Source: Candidatus Xenobia bacterium (GTDB lineage: Bacteria > Vulcanimicrobiota > Xenobia > Xenobiales > QWHO01). From it: a DNA stretch of 64,000 nucleotides. The notes beneath the pieces were generated by a model, which did not search any database, was not told the origin of the DNA, and worked only from the letters and a program-made list of their open reading frames with translations. The stretch spans positions 1 to 64,000 of the forward strand of contig BTUM01000025.1 of NCBI GenBank assembly GCA_045863235.1, given 5' to 3'. Below, piece after piece: positions 56,705 to 64,000 of the stretch (position 1 is its first letter; each line of letters starts with the position of its first letter). Made by a program: the position numbers and the translations under genes.

Positions 56705-58513
56705 ATGCGGGTTCAGCTCATGCCCTTTTCAACCCTGGCCCACCGCCTGCCCAGGGTAACCGCGACCGCCCCAGGCACCTCGAATGAGCCGCAAGACTTG
56801 TTGCAACAGAGCGCGTCCGCCTCGCCCCCAAGCCCGATCTTCCCTCCCGTGACAGCCAGCCCGGCCTTGCGCCAGGCATTCGACTCGCTGGTCAACGTGG
56901 GTGGGGTGGGCACGGCTCGCCTGCTCGACGACAACCTGGCCGCCTGGAACGCGCGCTGGTCTCTGGTCGACTCGGCCCGGTCCAGCATTACCTGCCAGTA
57001 CTTCTGCTGGGACAAAGACGTCTTCGGCATGGCGCTGCTGGGCCACATGTACAAGAAGGCAAAGCAGGATCAGGTTCAGATGCGCCTCATGGTGGACGCC
57101 ACCGGCGATACCTGGGGCACGCGCGGGTTCAAGTCTCACATCGGCGGCCAGGACTACCTGCAAGAGCTGGTGATGACCGGCAAGGCCGAGGCCCGGGTCT
57201 ACCACCCCCATTGGAAGAAGGTGCTCGACCAGCTGCGTCGCCCGCTCAGCACAGCCATCGCCGCCTCCAATCACGACAAGATCCTCGAGGTGGACGGCGA
57301 GCGCGGCATCACCGGGGGGCGCAACATCGGCTACGAGTACTTTGTGCACCCGGACGACTTCAAGGGGGCGTGGCGTGATACCGACGTCTACTTCGAGAGC
57401 AAGCAAGCCGCCCACGCCCTGCGCGATGCTTTTGATATCGAATATGGCACCCCCTGGATCACCAGCAAGGTGCGCCCGGACCTGCTCGGGAACTGGGTCA
57501 AGCGCGACCTCGAGCTCATGGGGGCTTACGCTCTGATGGACAACTGGCTCAAGGACCCACCCATGGACGCGGCCTCCAAGAGGCAACTGCGCACCTCGCC
57601 CGAAGCCCGCGAGGCCGAAGCTGCCGCCATGGTGGATCGAGCCCTGCAGCAGATGCCGTCCGAAGGAATCGCGCGGCCGGCCGGAGTTCGCGAGCGCCGC
57701 TCGTTGCTGAAGATGGCTCGGGAGCTGGCCGGTTATCCCGAGCTTCGCGGCAGTGCCAGCCGTCCCCAGCCCCCTGACCGCGACGCTGAGATCAAGATTC
57801 TGGATAAGACCTCTTCGGTGGGGGTGGAGAAAGACGAGCTGAACGCCGCTCTGCTCCAGCTCTCCAAGACGGCCAGCAAGCGCATCGTGATCGAAAACCC
57901 CTACGTCGTGCTCACCGACAGCCTGATCGAGGGGCTGCGCGAGGCGGGCGATCGGGGCGTGGAGATCTGGCTGGGCACCAACAGTCCCTCCTCCACCGAC
58001 AGCGCCGTCACCCAGGCCTTCTTTCTGGAGGACTGGCCCAAGCTGCTGGCCACCATCCCCAACCTGAAGATCTTCGTGGCCACGGGTGAGCGCAAGCTGC
58101 ACGCCAAGGTGGCGGTCATCGACGACACGGTCTCGCTGGTCAGCACCTACAACCTGGACTACATCAGCCAGCACGTCAACAGCGAGGTGGCCGCGGTGGT
58201 GTGGTCGGAGAAGTTCGCCGCCGACAGCACCAGCTCCATTCTGCGCGATCACGCCGATCCTCGCAACGGCGTCGTGGAGTACCGGATCTTGCGCGACGCT
58301 CAGGGCCAGCCCTGTCGCAGCGACGGCCAGCCCGTGCTGGACGCTAAAGGCGAGCTGGTCGGCCAGCCTGAGGTGGTCTACGGCCCCGAGAACCACCTGA
58401 CGAAAGAGATGCTCGACTCTTATAAGAGCAAGCGCGCTCGCTGGAGCTTCCTGAGAAAGCACGTTCCGCAGCTTGCGTCGCTCGAGACCCTGAAGATTCG
58501 CGGGCGGGGATGA
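56705..58513 (+). CDS. Phospholipase D superfamily protein (ClsC-like)
   Basis: Two HxKxxxxD motifs (HDKILEVD..GGRNIG; HAKVAVID..STYNLD); Pro/Ser-rich N-terminal extension. Confidence 0.9.
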   Translation: MRVQLMPFSTLAHRLPRVTATAPGTSNEPQDLLQQSASASPPSPIFPPVTASPALRQAFDSLVNVGGVGTARLLDDNLAAWNARWSLVDSARSSITCQYFCWDKDVFGMALLGHMYKKAKQDQVQMRLMVDATGDTWGTRGFKSHIGGQDYLQELVMTGKAEARVYHPHWKKVLDQLRRPLSTAIAASNHDKILEVDGERGITGGRNIGYEYFVHPDDFKGAWRDTDVYFESKQAAHALRDAFDIEYGTPWITSKVRPDLLGNWVKRDLELMGAYALMDNWLKDPPMDAASKRQLRTSPEAREAEAAAMVDRALQQMPSEGIARPAGVRERRSLLKMARELAGYPELRGSASRPQPPDRDAEIKILDKTSSVGVEKDELNAALLQLSKTASKRIVIENPYVVLTDSLIEGLREAGDRGVEIWLGTNSPSSTDSAVTQAFFLEDWPKLLATIPNLKIFVATGERKLHAKVAVIDDTVSLVSTYNLDYISQHVNSEVAAVVWSEKFAADSTSSILRDHADPRNGVVEYRILRDAQGQPCRSDGQPVLDAKGELVGQPEVVYGPENHLTKEMLDSYKSKRARWSFLRKHVPQLASLETLKIRGRG

Positions 58514-58573
58514 AAGGCTGTAAGGTTCGCAGCGGCAGGACGGTTGACATCTGATGTTGTCATTGTTAGCATC

Positions 58574-58810
58574 ATGCCAAGAACCACTGTGGACATCCAG
58601 TTGTCGATCCTCAATGCGGTCAAGAAGCTGCAGGAGACGGAAAGAAAATCTCTGGGATGCCTTATCTCTGAGCTGCTCGCGGAGGCATTGGCGCTGCGGA
58701 GTTGCCAGGGGAAGGGACGGAGGCTGTCGTGGTACGCTCAACCAATGGCAGCCCGGCTCGATCTCAATGACAAAGAGGCGCTCTGGGCTGTTTTGGAACA
58801 GCCCGAGTGA
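58574..58810 (+). CDS. vapB: VapB-type antitoxin
   Basis: MPRTTVDI RHH-like start; overlaps the PIN gene; palindrome ACATCTGATGT upstream. Confidence 0.75.
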   Translation: MPRTTVDIQLSILNAVKKLQETERKSLGCLISELLAEALALRSCQGKGRRLSWYAQPMAARLDLNDKEALWAVLEQPE

Positions 58811-59238
58811 GCTATTCTGTTGACGCGAACCTGCTCATCTACGCCTCGGACACGTCCTGCTCGCATCACATCAAGGCCCAGGAGTTCCTTCGTGGCGCGG
58901 CAGAGAGCAACGAGCTGTTGTTTCTGGCCTACCCGACGATCATGGCATTCCTGCGCATCTCCACTCATCCCGGCGTCTTCAAGTCGCCTCTCACCCCGGC
59001 TCGCGCCCAGAGCATTGGCGAGTTGACGGCCCTCCCTCAGATCCGCATCATCGGAGAAGAACCCGGCTTTCTCGACGTCTTTCGCGAGGTGACCGAGAGC
59101 CTTTCCGTGCGTGGAAACGCCGTCCACGATGCGCACCTGGCGTCCATCTTGCGTCAACACGGGGTGAGGGTGCTCTACACCAATGACAGGGACTTCCGTC
59201 GGTTCGAATTTCTCACGGTCCGCAACCCGTTAGAGTGA
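58807..59238 (+). CDS. vapC: VapC PIN-domain toxin
   Basis: VDANLLIYA, GNAVHDAHLA, YTNDRDF. Confidence 0.9.
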   Translation: MSYSVDANLLIYASDTSCSHHIKAQEFLRGAAESNELLFLAYPTIMAFLRISTHPGVFKSPLTPARAQSIGELTALPQIRIIGEEPGFLDVFREVTESLSVRGNAVHDAHLASILRQHGVRVLYTNDRDFRRFEFLTVRNPLE

Positions 59239-59366
59239 AGCGCACAGTTTCGACCAGTAGCTTTTGAGCCGGACTGGAAGGTGTTGAGCCCTGCGTGATG
59301 CGGGTCTGGTTGCGAGCTTGATCATCGTCAAAGACGGCCGCCCTCCCGGTCCAATAGAGTCGGCGA

Positions 59367-60698
59367 ATGAGAAAGCCGTGGGTGGCCCTTGTTTTTCTTT
59401 GCTGCCTTGCCTGCGGTGGAGACAAGGTGGTGGACTTGAAGGACCCCGACCTGGACGCCCAGCTGCGCCTGGTCCTGGCCGGAGCCGGACTTGAGCCTGT
59501 CACCGTACCCGCCCAAGACCCCGCCCGCGTGTCTCTGGGCCAGGCGCTCATGTTCGACCGGCTGCTGAGCGGCAACAGGGATATCGCCTGCGCCACCTGC
59601 CACCACCCCCGACACCAGACCGGCGACGGTCTGAGCCTGTCCATCGGTACAGGAGGGGCTGGACTGGGGCCCGGTCGCGCCCTGGGAGCGGGGAAACCCT
59701 TCATTCCTCGCAACGCAAATCCGGTCTTCAACCTCGGCGCCGCCGAGGTGATGTTCTGGGACGGCCGCGTTCGCGGGAATCCGACGCAGGGGCTCGAGAC
59801 TCCGGCCGGGGCGCAGCTTCCGGCCGGCCTGACCAGCGCTCTGGCCGCTCAAGCGATGTTTCCCGTGACCTCCCGCGACGAAATGCGCGGGCAGGCCGGT
59901 GATCTGGCCGTGGACGGGTCAGCCAACGAGCTCGCGGCGCTCTCCGACGACGACCTGGTTGGAATCTGGGACGCCCTGGCCGCTCGCCTCAGGGCCAATC
60001 CCGAGTATGTGCGCCTGTTTCAGGCCGCCTATCCCGACCTTCAGCCGGCTCAGATCGGCTTTCAGCACGCCGCCAACGCCATCGCCGCCTTCGAGATCGA
60101 CCAGCTTACCCGGTTGGACTCCCCGTTCGACCGCTACCTGGCCGGCGAGAACGGCGCCCTCAGCGTGGCCCAGAAGCGTGGCGCCCTCTTGTTCTACGGT
60201 CGGGCTCGGTGCGCGGAATGCCATCGCGGTGGGCTCTTCAGCGACTTTGAGTTCCATAATGTCGGGGCACCTCAGGTGGGACCGGGCAAGGGAGCCGACG
60301 CTCCGCTCGACCTGGGGCTGGCGGGCCGAACCGGGGCCGCAGCCGATCGATTTCGCTTTCGCACGGCGCCTCTGCGCAACGTGGCGCTGACCGGGCCATG
60401 GATGCACTCGGGTGGCTACACGACCCTGGCGGCCGCGGTTCGCCACTTCGGGGACCCTGCCCGAAGGATTCAAGACTACGACCGAGAACAGCTCGGCCCG
60501 AGGTTGCAGGGCCAGGTGCACAATGACGAGGCAGTGGCGGCCGGCCTGCTCGCCAACCTGGACCCCATCCTGGCTCAGCCGAGCCCTCTGAGCGAGGCGG
60601 AGGTGGAGGACGTGGTGGCTTTCCTGGAGTCGCTCAGCGACCCCAGGGGGCCACCGGAAGCTCCGCCCGCTGTGCCGAGCGGCCTACCGGTTGATTGA
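59367..60698 (+). CDS. Diheme cytochrome c peroxidase/MauG-family lipoprotein
   Basis: Lipobox LACG; CATCH, FWDGR, CAECH, LRNVALTGPWMHSG. Confidence 0.88.
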   Translation: MRKPWVALVFLCCLACGGDKVVDLKDPDLDAQLRLVLAGAGLEPVTVPAQDPARVSLGQALMFDRLLSGNRDIACATCHHPRHQTGDGLSLSIGTGGAGLGPGRALGAGKPFIPRNANPVFNLGAAEVMFWDGRVRGNPTQGLETPAGAQLPAGLTSALAAQAMFPVTSRDEMRGQAGDLAVDGSANELAALSDDDLVGIWDALAARLRANPEYVRLFQAAYPDLQPAQIGFQHAANAIAAFEIDQLTRLDSPFDRYLAGENGALSVAQKRGALLFYGRARCAECHRGGLFSDFEFHNVGAPQVGPGKGADAPLDLGLAGRTGAAADRFRFRTAPLRNVALTGPWMHSGGYTTLAAAVRHFGDPARRIQDYDREQLGPRLQGQVHNDEAVAAGLLANLDPILAQPSPLSEAEVEDVVAFLESLSDPRGPPEAPPAVPSGLPVD

Positions 60699-60748
60699 CA
60701 AGCTTCAGTGCCCAGGGGGGCAACCATAGGAACGGGGGATAGCCGAAG

Positions 60749-62926
60749 GTGATCAGGACCAGGAGATATTGGAAGTGGGCGCTGTACGCCCTGGCCATTT
60801 TTTGGATCGGTTGCGGGGGGGACGGGACGATTGTCGGGGGGCCGCCGGTCACACCCATCGCACCCATCGCACCGGGCCCCGTTCCACCGGGAACGATCCT
60901 CAGCCAGGGGACGGGTCCGGTGAATTCCGAGGACGAGGCCATCGCCAGGGTGCTCAACCTCTTCCTGGGAATCCAGCCTCGCGCCGGCCGTGGCGAGGCC
61001 CGCGTCGGCACCGGGCTCGAGCCGCTGCTCAATCTCTACATCGCCCCCGGAGGGCCGTTCGGGAATGGCGTGACCGTCACCGACGCGGACAATCCCGAGA
61101 CGGCCTTCACGCTCGACCAGCCCTATTATCTTTTCTGGTCTGATCCCAACCCGATTGCCAATCTCGGACACAAGTGCTCCATTTTGTACCTGCGGGCCGC
61201 CGATGGCCTGCTGGTGCAGCAGGTGGTGGACTTCGACCCCTTGATTGGCGGCAATCGTCTGCTCGAATTCGAGTCGTCCAAAGCCGCCAACCTCGTTTAC
61301 ACCCACGAAGACTGGCGAAGACTGGGATACTCGCCTGGTCTGTCTCAGCTCAAGGCTCTGGAAGCGCTCTGGAAGGGTGTTGGTGAGCCGGGTGGGCCGA
61401 AGATCGGAGGTCTTGGCGTGGCCGGGGCGACCGAAGGACGTCGTGCCGCCGACCTTCAGGCAGGTCGCGACCTGTTCGAGAAGATGGGAGGCAATCCCAA
61501 CGATTTCGATACTCTCGACGACGATGAAGGCAATCGCAAGGACGGATTCGACCTGGAGGAGGCCCTGGCCAAAGCAAGCGAGGGGCTCGGACCGGATGAC
61601 AAGTTCTTGTTTGTGCTCTCGAGCCACGGCGGGACGGACGGAACCTTCCAGATGGGCACCGAGTTTCTGACCTGGGAGCAGCTCTGCGCGCTGATCGACC
61701 AGAACGTCACGGCCGGCAATGTGAACCTGGTGCTGGACACCTGTTATGCCGGCCTGGCAGTGCCCGCCTTCGACAAATGGAACGGCCAGGCCGGCAAGAG
61801 GGTGAGAATTCTCACCTCCACCGGCACCACGCCGAGCTACAGTCGCAGCAACGGCCTCGGCATCAACCTCGAGTGCGTCCTCATGAAGCTCGAGGAAGCG
61901 CTGGCTAAGGCAAAAGAAGACGGCGAGCTGACCATGGAAGAGCTCGAGCAGGCCATGGCGGGGGTCGAGGTGACCGATGCCGAGATCGACAAGAAGATCT
62001 GCGAGTTGATCGGCGATGTTCCCGGCGCCGTGCTCTCCCCTGCCCTGAGGGCCTGGAAAGACGACTACCTCGATAAGCCGGGGGCCGGCAACGATGTGGA
62101 GCGCAGCAGCGGCAGCAAGAAGGGCGGTTTTGACGACCGGCCCCCCGCTCCCATCGATCCCCTGATCCTCGAGTTCCTGCAGAGATGGGCCATCCTTCTG
62201 GGAGCCAGGGACGTGCCCGGCCTGACCCCGCTCTACATTCCGGGCTTCAACTACAACGGCCAGAACGTCGGACAGATTAACGGAATCGGAGGCCAGGGGA
62301 CGCTTCAGGTGTCGCCGGTTCGTCTGCAAAATATCGGCACGTTCCCGGCCGACAGCTTCTTCGACGTCTTCTTCGAGATCGACGTGACGCGGTCGGTGGC
62401 CGGTCCCCCAGCCATCACCCAGACCGAGCTTCGCAACATTCGGATGCGACTCGAGCAAACCGGTCCGTCGGACTTTTTGATCCATACCCAGCAGACCGTG
62501 TCGCAGACCACGACCGGGACTGTGTCGGACGGCACGCCGCCCCCGCCGTTCCCGCCTCTGCCCACCTTCGGTGATGTCACCATCTTTGGGCCGGGTGGGC
62601 CGCTCAATCCCGGAGACGCAATTCCTCCAGGTCAGTTGATCCGGGTCGAGGGGTTGTTCCCCGACCTGACCGGACAGGCCGGAGTCATCTTCGGGGGACA
62701 GTTCCATACTTTCCAACCTCAGGGAGGTGGCATCTTCCTGGCCCAGTTCCCGGCGCCGCCCCTCCCCACCGGGTTCTACCTGGTGAACGTTTTTGCCGAG
62801 CACCGGAACGTCGTCGTCCCGGGCCAGCAAGAGTCATTCGCCGGTCGTGACCGGACCTTCGAGTTCCCCTCGAGTGACACGGGGCAGAGGCCCCCGGAGC
62901 CCTGGAACGACGTGGCCGTTCCGTAG
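60749..62926 (+). CDS. Multidomain lipoprotein with clan CD (caspase/legumain-like) peptidase domain
   Basis: Lipobox WIGC; FLFVLSSHGG and LVLDTCYAG His/Cys dyad. Confidence 0.7.
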   Translation: MIRTRRYWKWALYALAIFWIGCGGDGTIVGGPPVTPIAPIAPGPVPPGTILSQGTGPVNSEDEAIARVLNLFLGIQPRAGRGEARVGTGLEPLLNLYIAPGGPFGNGVTVTDADNPETAFTLDQPYYLFWSDPNPIANLGHKCSILYLRAADGLLVQQVVDFDPLIGGNRLLEFESSKAANLVYTHEDWRRLGYSPGLSQLKALEALWKGVGEPGGPKIGGLGVAGATEGRRAADLQAGRDLFEKMGGNPNDFDTLDDDEGNRKDGFDLEEALAKASEGLGPDDKFLFVLSSHGGTDGTFQMGTEFLTWEQLCALIDQNVTAGNVNLVLDTCYAGLAVPAFDKWNGQAGKRVRILTSTGTTPSYSRSNGLGINLECVLMKLEEALAKAKEDGELTMEELEQAMAGVEVTDAEIDKKICELIGDVPGAVLSPALRAWKDDYLDKPGAGNDVERSSGSKKGGFDDRPPAPIDPLILEFLQRWAILLGARDVPGLTPLYIPGFNYNGQNVGQINGIGGQGTLQVSPVRLQNIGTFPADSFFDVFFEIDVTRSVAGPPAITQTELRNIRMRLEQTGPSDFLIHTQQTVSQTTTGTVSDGTPPPPFPPLPTFGDVTIFGPGGPLNPGDAIPPGQLIRVEGLFPDLTGQAGVIFGGQFHTFQPQGGGIFLAQFPAPPLPTGFYLVNVFAEHRNVVVPGQQESFAGRDRTFEFPSSDTGQRPPEPWNDVAVP

Positions 62927-62937
62927 AACAGAAGAGG

Positions 62938-62978
62938 CCTCCCCCGGCTCAAATGGCCGGGGGAGGTTCTTGCTTTCT
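62938..62978 (+). terminator. Rho-independent terminator
   Basis: CCTCCCCCGGC/GCCGGGGGAGG 11-bp stem followed by TTCTTGCTTTCT. Confidence 0.75.
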
Positions 62979-63166
62979 TGGCCGGGAGACGCGAGATTGT
63001 TTCCTTTGCGCCAGCTGGTACGCTTCCAACTCGCTCAGGCACTTCGCATTCGCAGGTGCCTCCCCGGCCAGCCCGGCGCTGTGCTGCACCGTGAATTGAG
63101 CCGAAGCCCGCTTAACGCCTGCCCATGCCGGGCAGAAGTTCCTCGCGCTCCATCATCTTTGATGGG

Positions 63167-64000
63167 TTACTCGTGCCCCTTCTCGGGCTCGGTGGTGGTC
63201 AGGTGCATGATCAGGAACTGGCACGGCACCAGCAGTTGGAAGTAGATGCTGAGGAAGCGGAACCCGGTCGTGTTGCCCGCCAGCAACAAGAGCAACCCCA
63301 CCGAGCCGATCACGGCCAGGGCTCCTGCCACCTTCGTCATGATGCTGCGGGGAGTGCCTTCGGGGCAGTCGTGGATGGCCGCGAGCGGCACCACCAGGGT
63401 GAGCAAGAAGATGGAGGTCAGAAAGGCCAGGGGACCTGAGAGAAACGAGAGGCCGAAGAAGACTCCCGAGAGGCCCAGGCAGCCCGCCACCAGGGTGCTC
63501 TGGTCAATCTCGTCTTTGTTGAGCACCAGCTTGCCGTAGCGATTGAAGCGCAGCATGAGGTTGGTCAACGGTTTGGCGACCCAGGTGAGATAGGCAAACA
63601 TCGTGTAGACGATGATGAAGGGCCGCACGAAGGGGCGCAGCACCGGGTACTGCCGGGCCAGGTGCACCAGCGCCGTCTCGCCCAGCCACATGCCCAGTAA
63701 GATGGCCTGCTGGGCCTCTCGAGAGAAGCCCGACAACCACAGGAAGAAGCGCAGGATCAGGCCGTAAACTGGATAGTTGGCCCGCAGGCCCTCCATGAGC
63801 CCGGCCCGAGCGTACTCGTGCTCGGCATCGATGCGCAGGGCCTCCTTGAAATGCTCCAGGGCCTCGCGGTGCTTGCGCCCGTGCAGACAGGCAAAGCCCA
63901 TGTTGGCCAGGGTGTCCGGGTTTTCGGGGTTCTCGGCCAGCTCCTCGCGCAGGCCCTCCCGAGCCGCCTCCAGGCGCCCGAGCTTCATCAGGCAAAGCGA
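63167..64000 (-). CDS. TPR-repeat membrane protein (5' end outside the window)
   Basis: TPR pattern ALEHFKEALRIDAE followed by several TM helices. Confidence 0.75.
   Translation of the reverse strand, partial: SLCLMKLGRLEAAREGLREELAENPENPDTLANMGFACLHGRKHREALEHFKEALRIDAEHEYARAGLMEGLRANYPVYGLILRFFLWLSGFSREAQQAILLGMWLGETALVHLARQYPVLRPFVRPFIIVYTMFAYLTWVAKPLTNLMLRFNRYGKLVLNKDEIDQSTLVAGCLGLSGVFFGLSFLSGPLAFLTSIFLLTLVVPLAAIHDCPEGTPRSIMTKVAGALAVIGSVGLLLLLAGNTTGFRFLSIYFQLLVPCQFLIMHLTTTEPEKGHE

Overview
High-GC bacterial window with no rRNA, tRNA, CRISPR array, integrase or transposase that I can recognise. (1) 0.2-6.6 kb: a Tat-exported type II DMSO-reductase operon (alpha, beta, gamma, chaperone) of the Nitrospira/anammox NXR-like periplasmic nitrate/nitrite oxidoreductase group, behind a perfect FNR-type box. 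(2) 7-27 kb: an accessory block bracketed by duplicated gene relics. It holds a candidate tryptophan/kynurenine secondary-metabolite cluster: TDO, KMO, a flavin amino-acid oxidase, a MICAL-like monooxygenase, two MFS exporters and an unusual methyltransferase::M1 aminopeptidase fusion. (3) 27-34 kb: lineage-specific proteins, cobB, a toxin-antitoxin-like pair and pseudogenes. (4) 34.5-42.3 kb: a clade II nos cluster (nosZ, nosB, nosD::nosF fusion, nosY, nosL, cytochrome c) with FNR-like boxes. (5) 42.5-49 kb: an RND efflux system. (6) 49.8-55.6 kb: three radical SAM enzymes and a methyltransferase around a 552-aa low-complexity protein, preceded by a highly structured leader. (7) 56-64 kb: phospholipase D, vapBC, a diheme peroxidase, a caspase-like lipoprotein and a partial TPR protein. 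A shared pho-box-like promoter (hexamer-N5-TTTCAG-N10-[-10]) precedes four otherwise unrelated genes. The style of the orphan proteins is reminiscent of Ca. Eremiobacterota (Xenobia), but that is an unverified impression. All calls come from reading motifs by eye; no searches were run.
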